Shown here in pieces: positions 55,109-64,000 of a DNA stretch of 64,000 nt. Both the position numbers and the translations under genes were made by a program. Positions within the stretch are counted from its first letter, which is position 1, and each line of letters starts with the position of its first letter. The DNA is from the human T2T-CHM13v2.0 reference genome, Homo sapiens: NCBI RefSeq assembly GCF_009914755.1, contig NC_060925.1. The stretch is one strand, 5' to 3'. Under the pieces are notes generated by a model that saw only the letters and a program-made list of their open reading frames with translations, did not search any database and was not told the origin of the DNA.

Positions 55109-55680
55109 ATCCATCATCATCACCATCATCAACACTGTCATCATCACCATCATCATCACTGTCATCATCACCATAATCATCACCATCACCATCATCACCA
55201 TCATCATCATCACTGTCATCATCACCATCATCACCATCATCACCATCATCATCACCATCATCATCATCATTGTCATCATCAACATCATCATCACCATCAC
55301 CATCATCGTCACCATCATCACCATCATCACCGTCATCATCACCATCATCATCATCATCAATGTCATTACCACCACCATCATCACCATCATCGTCATCATC
55401 ATTACCATCATCACATCATCACTATCACTATCATCATCACCATCACCATCATCATCATCATGACTATTGCCGTCATCGCCACCATCATCATTAACACATC
55501 ACCATCATCACCATTATCATCACCATCATCATATCATCACTATCACCATCATCACCATCATCATCATCATCACCATCACCATCATCATCATCATCATCAT
55601 CACCATCATCATCATCAATGTCATTACCATCACCATCATCACCATTATCATCATCAGCATCATCACCATCATAGTCATCT
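55109..55680 (+). repeat. Degenerate (CAT/CAC)n trinucleotide tract
   Basis: ~570 bp; source of the poly-His/Met/Ile/Ser ORFs. Confidence 0.97.
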
Positions 55681-56021
55681 CATTATTTATATGCAATGGG
55701 GACAGGATGTCTTTCCTTCACTGGACTGGAGGAAGGCAACTGAAATTAAAGATGCCTCAAAAATGCATTATTATTATTGTTTCTAATCCCAAAGAAAACT
55801 GAGTTAGGCTTCTTTCAACCCAAACACATTCTACTAAAAACAGATTCCAAGTTTCTGAATCATAGTTATTAGGGTATTTGCTCTTCAGATATCACTTTAA
55901 ATCCGGAAATATCATACTTCCTCAATCCAACGGTTACTAATCTCTTAAGGCTTGGGGCCTATCTTTTCCCCAGGAGCCATGCAGTCCTTAGACTTCCTTA
56001 GCCTCCAACCAACCACTGTGA

Positions 56022-56034
56022 ATACACAAACACA

Positions 56035-56067
<33 letters not shown>
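56022..56067 (+). repeat. (CA)n microsatellite
   Basis: Visible directly in the sequence. Confidence 0.9.
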
Positions 56068-56068
<1 letters not shown>

Positions 56069-56571
56069 ATTTCTTTGCCAAGGAACCCAGGAATGATCCC
56101 ATGAATAATTAGGGAAATGACCTAAAACCTGCTCTTTCCCAAAACATCTTAATATCTTACCCTTTCTCTTGCCTGCCTCAACCAAATGCCACTCAGGTCT
56201 CTGGCCTCTCCCTGGCAAACCTCTCATGGGTGACATGCATTTAGACATCAACTGACTTCACATAATACTCCTAAAAATGCCAAGCCCACTGGGTCAGACA
56301 TGAACAATTTAAGAGAAGCCCAGTGAGTCTCATTCAGAAGTCTCCATTCTCTGCTGGAGCCTCCAATAAGCAGAGAGAAAAAGATGTCCCTCCTGGGACA
56401 AAGGCCAGCGCTTATCAAGGTACCAGTTGTACCTCCCCCACTCCAGCAAGCTCTTGCCATGAGCAAAAGAGAAACGAAGAATGGGGCAAAATGCAGGGGC
56501 CTACAGTTCTTTGCCAGAGCCTGGGGATGTAATATTGTTACTATAGTCTACCAAAAAATTCATTTCTTCTT

Positions 56572-57403
56572 TCCATCCACCAACCTACCAACCTACGCAC
56601 CTACTCACCCATCCACCCATCCATCCATGCATCCTTTCTCTTCTATCCACCCTTCCTTCCATCCATTCATTAATCCATCCAACCATTCATCTACCCATGC
56701 ATCCTTTCCCTTCTCTCCACCATCCTTCCATTCATACACTCATCCATTCATCCATCCATCCACCCATCTATCCATGCATCATTTCCCTTCTATCCACCCA
56801 TCCTTTCATTCAACCAACCATTCATCCAACCATCTACCCATTTGTTCATCCTTCCATCCATCTATCCATGCATCCTTTCTCTTCTATCCACCTTTCCTTC
56901 CTTCCATTCATTTATCCATCCAACCATCCATCATTATCTTTCATTCATCCAACCACCCACCCAACCATTCACTCATCCATTCATGCATTCTTTCCCTTCT
57001 ATCCACCTATCCTTTCATTCATTCATCCATCCATCAATCCACCCATCTACATCCATCTATCCAGTCATTCACCCACCTATTCATCCATGTATCCATCGAC
57101 CCATACATCATTCCTCTTCTATTCACCCATCCTTCCATCCATTCATCCATTCATCCATCCAACCATCCATGCATTCATTCATCTATCGATGCATTCTTTC
57201 CCTTCTATCCACTCAATATTCCATCCACCTACCCATCCACCCATCCATCCAACCATCCATCCACGCATTCATTCACCCATCCATCCATCCATGTATTCTT
57301 TCCCTTCTATCCACCTATCCTTCCATCCATTCATTCATCTATTCACCTATCAATCCAACCATTCACTCATGCATCCCTTCCCTTCTATCCGTCTATCCAT
57401 TCA
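56572..57403 (+). repeat. Degenerate (TCCA/TTCA)n tract with a recurring atgcat(c/t)ctttcccttctatccac block
   Basis: ~830 bp; source of the HPSI-rich ORFs. Confidence 0.95.
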
Positions 57404-58683
57404 GTTCTTTGGTTCACTCAGAAGTGATTCCTTCCCAAACGGTTTTGACAGCAGACTGGAAGCTCCCACAGCACCCCAGTCCTTGTAAGAGAATCACCCC
57501 AAATGTAGACATATCAACCTGCTCTACGTACTTGGGAGGTCAAGCTACAAATGATTCCAGAGGGCATTTTTAAACAATGATAAAAATGTAAGACTAGGCC
57601 CTGTGGCCTAGTCTTTTTTTTTTTTTCTTTATTTCAGAAAATCACGGAGTGTTTTTACATATCTCAGCAATAAAATGGTTGTTTGGAGTCTATGAATTTT
57701 GTTTCTATTCAGCCCAGCTCTTAGAAGGTTATCACAGTATCTGGAAAAGCCAGGTCTTCCTGGGGGCAGATTATTAGGAAAATGCTAAGATCTGCTCACA
57801 AACCTCATCTTCTTTGACCTCATCTTCACTGGGATCCCACCAATGCCTGAACTTCAGAGGGTAACATTCCATTCCTTCAAATGGAGCCACCTCACCAGCA
57901 TCCACGTGGCCTCCTCACCACTCCCAGCATAGCAGCAGACTGAATAATTCTAGGGAGTGAAGATGTTAGTCACAATTTTCCCCCAGGAATACAACAATAA
58001 TTCAAGCAAATTAGGGAGGCAGGCATCAGATGTTGCTGTGTATAGACTTTTTTTTTATTATTCTGAGGTCAGGTAACCAAACTTTGCACATCTTTTAACA
58101 AAACATCAGCATAAGTATCTGTCAGGTTGCCTCTTTAGTTTGGCCAGGCTAGACTTTGCAAGAGAATATTAAAATAAGGTGGCCTCTGTGACACCCCGTT
58201 CCTGACATCACCCCAGAGAAAAGAGTAGTCCATTTTGAGAGACGATAATTAGTCAAACAAACCCACAACAAACCTCATTTTTCATGAGTACACTCTCTCC
58301 CAAATGTAGCAAAATCGACGGGCCCAAATATTTTGACTATCTTCATCTCTCTTTCTGCAACTTGGATTGACTTCAAGAGTCTTTCAGAATTGATTTGATA
58401 TAATGCTGCTATTTCATCATCGATTTCAGTTCCAGTGTAAAACAAGAAGTTTATGTCCACATTTAGAACATAAATGCTACCAAGCTGTCTAAATATTGTG
58501 CCTCACTGTCATGGTGAGACAATGAAGCATAAACACAGTTTGAATTGACCTCCAGTCACTTACAGTAAATGAAATTCACAGTTAGGTGAGGACTGGGCCC
58601 TCCTTTCATTACTAATACCATGTCCTCCGGCCAGGCAAACACCGGCAAACAACCTCTCTGTATTAAAAACCAAAGATGCCACA

Positions 58684-58840
58684 CCAGGCATGGTGGTGCT
58701 AGCCTGTAATCCCAGCACTTTGGGAGGCTGAAGCAAGGGGATTGCTTGGGCCCAGAAGTTCAAGGCTGCAGTGAACTATGATCGCAACACTGCACTCCAG
58801 CCTGGGAGACAGAGTGAGACTCCATCTCTTAAATAAATGA
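58684..58840 (+). mobile_element. Alu monomer (FRAM/FAM-like or recombined AluJ)
   Basis: Single arm with cccagcactttggg start and right-arm ggctgcagtgaactatgatc end. Confidence 0.85.
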
Positions 58841-58842
58841 AC

Positions 58843-58943
58843 ATATATATACACATATGTGTGTATACACTAAAAAAGTATATATATGTGTGTGTATTTA
58901 TGTGTGTATAATGCTATTATACACATACGTGTATATGTGTACC

Positions 58944-58978
<35 letters not shown>
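58843..58978 (+). repeat. (TA/TG/CA)n tract
   Basis: Visible directly in the sequence, following the Alu tail. Confidence 0.85.
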
Positions 58979-59334
58979 TTTTTTTAAGCAAAGACATATG
59001 GGATCCTCCTTCAACAGGAGCCACCTGTGCCACTTCACTCTGAGGACAGTGGAGGGACAGAGAACACAGTAGTGTCCCCTCCCACACTAAGGCCCTGCAG
59101 GTTGGTCTTCCTACACCTTGGAATCTGGGATATTTCTCTCTGGTAACAAACATGCTTTCAACGAGAGCCAGTCAAGGTTGTCCAGGCCCATGAAGAGCCC
59201 TGGCCTCACCATCCATCAAGTTTCCTACAGGGAGAAAAGTTTTAACTGTGTATCCATCCATTTTCTTCCAGAAAAAGAAAATTATAAGGAGTAAGTTAAG
59301 TCTGAATAAGACACTTTGTTCACATTCAATGTGA

Positions 59335-59472
59335 AACCATTCAGCTCCACCATGGTAACACAAAAGCAGCCACAGACAGTACGTAAGGAAGTGGGTGTGG
59401 CTGCGTCACAATAAAACTTAATTTTGAAAAGCAGGCAGATTTGGTCTGTGGGCTGTAGTTTGCTAACCCCTG
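59335..59472. mobile_element. MER58A-like hAT-Charlie fragment
   Basis: aaagcagccacagacag...gggtgtggctgcgtcacaataaaactt...gggctgtagtttgctaacccctg. Confidence 0.8.
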
Positions 59473-59604
59473 TGTTCAGGTAGTAGCAAAAGTGCTGAGA
59501 AATGGGCATTGTCAAAGAGACTCGAGTTCTAGAATATCCCTGATTTTAGAAAGACAGCGATTGGACATCCAGGCCGTGACTCGACAGAGAACTTCTCTTC
59601 TGGC

Positions 59605-59966
59605 TTAAAAAGGGATAAGTTCATGTCCTTTTCAGGGACATGGATGAAGCTGGAAACCATCATCCTCAGCAAACTAACACCGGAACAGAAAACCAAACCC
59701 CGCTTGTTCTCACTCATCAGTGGGAGTTGAACGATGAGAATACATGGACACAGGGAGGGGAACATCACACACCGGGGCCTGTCAGTGGGTGGGGGAAAAG
59801 CGGAGGGAGAGCATTAGGACAAATACCTAATGCACGTGGCTCCTAAAACCTAGATGACAGGTTGACAGGTGCAGCAAACCGCCATGGCACATGTATACCT
59901 ATGTGACAAACCCGCATGTTCAGCACATGTATCCCAGAACTTAAAGTAAAATTAAAATTTAAAAAA
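59605..59966 (+). mobile_element. 5'-truncated L1PA (about L1PA7-10) 3' end
   Basis: catggatgaagctggaaaccatcatcctcagcaaactaacac...atcccagaacttaaagta. Confidence 0.93.
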
Positions 59967-61227
59967 GAGAGAGAGATCGGCCTTGCATCTCCTGATACAC
60001 AATCAGGACATATCAACAAACATTTTTTAGTTTCTCCTGCAATTTGACCTCCTAACATTTTGCTTCACAATCTCGACAGTTAGAATCAAGCACTGAAACA
60101 AGGAAGATTCCACGAAAGGTCATTCCAGGAGGCCTTCTTGGGGCCGGAGATATTTTATAAATATTTATAAATATTAACTCATCGCCGTTTCCAAGGTGAG
60201 TGGGGCAGGTTGGTGCTGCACCATCACCAGGGACACTAGTAAAGGAATCAGGGGGCTGAGTATCAACTCACCTTCTTCCCAGTGGGGAAGGAATCACTTC
60301 TGAGTGAAGCAAAGAAATAGATGGGTAGGAGGAAAAGGATGCATGGATGGATGGTTGGATGGGTAGATGAATGGACTAATGAATGGATGGAAGGATAGGT
60401 GGCCATTCTCTGAAATGGCACAGATCTAAACCCAGGCGTGAGGGAGGCAGGCTCTTTGGAGAAGACAACTGGGATAACTAAGGGAAGAGCAGACACCTGG
60501 GCTGAGACGCTTCCCCAGGAAGTCTCTCCTTGCTGGTAGATCTGAGTTTTTCTCCCATAATTAAACACCTCAGCAGCTAATTGACTTCAGCAATTTTTAA
60601 GAAAAGCCTGGATTCAATTTCCACTCCCTTAAAATGCAATCTAGACAATTTATGAAAAGAAACCGAATATACTGCAGCAGTGAATAGATTTCCTCTTGCC
60701 ATCACCTTCCTTAAAAGCACTTGGAGTAGTAAAAATATTCCTAAATCAAAGGGAATGCCATACTTAATAAAATGGAAGTTGGCATAATTAATTTAGCGGC
60801 TCCTTTAGTTATCATAAAGGACAGATAAAGAGACCTGTTCTAGCTGTCAGGGCTCTTGCTAGATGAATCCACAGCCAATGCTCCCTTCAAAAACGAGGAG
60901 GGTCAAGTGTCCAGAGAGACCTTCAGCCCCTGTGCAGAGCCTCCTGCTAGGGAGAAAATGTACAGGGCCCGAGCAGAGAGCACAGATATCGAAAACAGGG
61001 AGGCTCAGAGCGACGGCCCCTGCCAGGACTGAGAGACAGCAAGAATGACCAGCGTTTATGGAATCAAGTGTGAGGCTGGGGCGGAAGTTTCTAGAAGAGA
61101 AATAAAGAGTGTGAGAGAAGATCTGTAAACTGAAGAAGCTGAAGGCACTGGGGGGAGGCAGTTTGGGGTGAGGGTCCCTCCTTGGGAATCCCCACATATA
61201 TGAAGGCTTTCTTATGAATGCAAATGA

Positions 61228-62515
61228 GCATGCACACACACAGCACACATGCAGATACACAGACACGCATACACAGAGACACAAATACGGACACACACCC
61301 CACACAAACATACAACTACATACATATGTACACACACAGAGGCACAAACACACAGGCAAGAAAAGACAGGCACAAGACATACAAACACACACACAGACGC
61401 ACAGGCAGAGACACAGACACAAATAGACACACCTCAAAAACCACATGTACACACAGAAGCACACACAGACATGGAACAGGCAGAAATACATGCATTCAAA
61501 ATACACACGTGTACACACCCTTTCATGCCAACATAACACATACATGCCACTCACATGCCATCAACACACACACCACTCACTTGCCACTCACACTCATACC
61601 ACTCAACACACACATGCCACTCACATGCCACTAAACACACGCCACTTACATGCTATCAACACACATGCCACTCACTTGCCACTCAACACACCTATGCCAC
61701 TCACACACACGCCACTCAAACACACATGCCACTTACATACACATATGCCACTCACTTGCCACTCCACATGTGCCACTCACACATACACGCCACTCAAACA
61801 CACACACGCCATGCAAACACACACGCCACTCAAACACACACACGCCATGCAAACACACACATGCCACTCACTTGCCACTCAACACACATGTGCCACTCAC
61901 ACCACATGCCACTCACATGCCATCAACACACACATGCCACTCACTTGCCACTCAACACACATACGCCACTCAACACACACATGCCATTCACATGCCACTC
62001 AACACACATATGCCACTCACATGGCAATCAACACACACGCCACTCAACACACACATGCCACTCACATGGCACTCAACACACACATGCCACTCACATGGCA
62101 ATCAACACACACATGCCACTCACACACATGCCACTCAACACATACACACACTCAACATACACATGCCACTCAACACACACGTGCCACTCAACACACACAT
62201 ACTCAACACAGACATGCCACTCAACACACACATGCCACTTACATGGCAATCAACACACACGCCACTCAATACACACATTCCAGTCAACACACATGCCACG
62301 CAACACACGTCATTCACATGCCACTCAACACACACATGCCACTCACGTTATTCAACACACACATGCCACTCAACACACACATTCCAGTCAACACACACAT
62401 GCCACTCAACACACATATGCCACTCACATGCCACTTAACACACACATGCCACTCGCACACATGCCACTAACATGTCACTCAACACGCACATGCCAGTCAA
62501 CATACACATCACTCG
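61228..62515 (+). repeat. CA-rich tract grading into a (ACAC)nATGCCACTCA minisatellite from ~61540
   Basis: Dozens of cacatgccactca cores separated by variable CA spacers. Confidence 0.95.
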
Positions 62516-63004
62516 GCTGAAGACAAATACATATTTGCTTCCAGGCCCACATCCCTTTCATGCACTGGCTCAAAGATCTCACAGAGTCTAGCATCACCAT
62601 CCTATTTTTTATAACCACTTGCCACTAATATCCCAGACTCAGCTTTTTTCCCATAGTAATAACACCTTCTGATCTATTATGTAATTCACTAATGTATTGT
62701 AAAAATCTTTGTCTTTAATGTTCACGAATGGATTCCAAGGCCTGAGAACAATGCCTGACAGATGGGAAGCAATGAGGAGCACTTGAACAGATGAATGAAG
62801 AGCAGGTGGATCGGATGCCCACTGTGTGCTGAGTGCTGTCCCAGGCCTGGGAGATCAAAAGAGCCAGAACGGCAGGGTCAGGTGCCCACCACCTCCCTTC
62901 AACCCCTCTTTCTCTGTTTCCACAACAACCTTGTGTGATAAGAGACTCAGATACTTGATTCACCCATTCTACTGGCTGGCCCAAGACTACTCAGCTCAGT
63001 AACT

Positions 63005-63230
63005 GGCCGAACGAGGAGTCATAGCCAGGACTCTGACTTCGGGGCGGGGGGCTTCACACTTTAAGCCACTTTAGAAATATCGAGGAGAGGCGATCCCGCC
63101 CTGGAAACGCCCGGGCGCCGCACACACATTGCTGCAGTACTGAACACTTGTGATTCTCCATCTCCGCACGGTGGGCCTGACAAGCAGGAGCTGTTTCGGA
63201 CGGAAGCAAAATCAAAGGCGAGGAGCCGAA
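63005..63230. promoter_or_regulatory. Small CpG-rich patch, candidate regulatory element
   Basis: ~17 CpGs in ~225 bp in an otherwise CpG-depleted window; GC box ggggcggg and ETS-like cggaag. Confidence 0.3.
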
Positions 63231-64000
63231 ATGAGTTTAAAAGCCTAAGTAGAAACATTTAGATGAATTATTCACCTGCTCATTCTCCTCTATTTTTCAT
63301 ATTCACCAGAGCAAGGTACATTGTTTAAAAATTTATTATGAGCGCAGAGAAGAATAAAATCCTAAATCTAGGAAACAGAAGACACTTGTGTTTTAGTCTA
63401 AGTATGGAGAGAGTCCTAGCCTCCAAGGGGCCACTGGGAGCCTGGGAGCGTGGGAACCCCCTCCCTGCAGCACAAGGTGGGCGCTAGGAGGTGGGCTGGT
63501 GGCTCCTCCCTCCACCAAGATGGGCTGAGCTTCCCCTCTTCTTAAAGCTCTGGAGGAAATCCGCTCTATGCCCAGGAGTCTTTTACTGGAGTCTCTCCTA
63601 CTTTAATGTAACCTGATGTTACCTGCATTGCTTTTGGCCCACAGAGAAGCTACCCATCCCCCATCATAACATCCCTTTCCACTGTCACCTCCATTTAAAA
63701 GCCCTGTGGCTCTGGGCAGGTCACCTAACTTCTCTGAGCCCCAGTGTATTTCCCCAGCTTTGTCCTGGGCTTCTGAAACAATCAAATGGGAACAGGTCCA
63801 GGGGGCCCTCCTCAGTCATTGCTCAACTTTCCCGGCAGGCAACCGACGCCTGTGCCCTTGGCCTCTCCGTGGAGAGCCCTGGTCCAGACCTTAGGCTGCT
63901 TTTCTGGGATGGCTACTTGCTGTGGTTTCCCCTGCTGTGCACACACACGCATGCACACACTCACACTCCCATGCACACCTATGCCCACATCCAAAACTAT

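Noticed and set aside
55076-55802. Poly-His, poly-Met and poly-Ile ORFs
   Set aside because: Products of the (CAT)n tract; no splice or start context
56384-57573. 347/263/243-aa HPSI-rich ORFs
   Set aside because: (TCCA)n repeat is open in all three frames
61445-62520. 341/321/262-aa His/Thr-rich ORFs
   Set aside because: CA-rich minisatellite is open in all frames

Overview
This is primate genomic DNA, probably human or another hominoid, judged from AluJ/S/Y, L1PA, THE1/MST and MER11 elements. It is fairly GC-rich and looks entirely intronic or intergenic. I cannot support a host protein-coding gene, RNA gene, CRISPR array or any prokaryotic-type system. The only ORF clearly encoding a known protein is the C-terminal stub of L1 ORF2p (35784-36155); most other long ORFs come from simple repeats, Alus or GC-rich chance frames. 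The window is dominated by SINEs (11 Alu loci, many MIRs), L1/L2 fragments, about a dozen MaLR LTRs, two solo MER11 (HERV-K11/HML-8) LTRs, an ERV1-type LTR inside an Alu, hAT DNA-transposon fossils and several large simple or minisatellite repeats. The most notable unexplained structure: (1) a ~1.07 kb 17-bp minisatellite whose consensus unit carries an antioxidant-response-element core and which contains a 9-unit higher-order duplication; (2) a ~120-bp inverted duplication 2.85 kb apart that brackets a non-repetitive, protein-like minus-strand frame; (3) a microhomology-flanked copy of an L1 segment inserted into the same L1; (4) several nested insertions with readable target-site duplications (TSDs); (5) strand asymmetries hinting at a minus-strand host transcript. 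Repeat family and subfamily names come from remembered consensus sequences and need RepeatMasker/Dfam confirmation. Boundaries of old elements are approximate.
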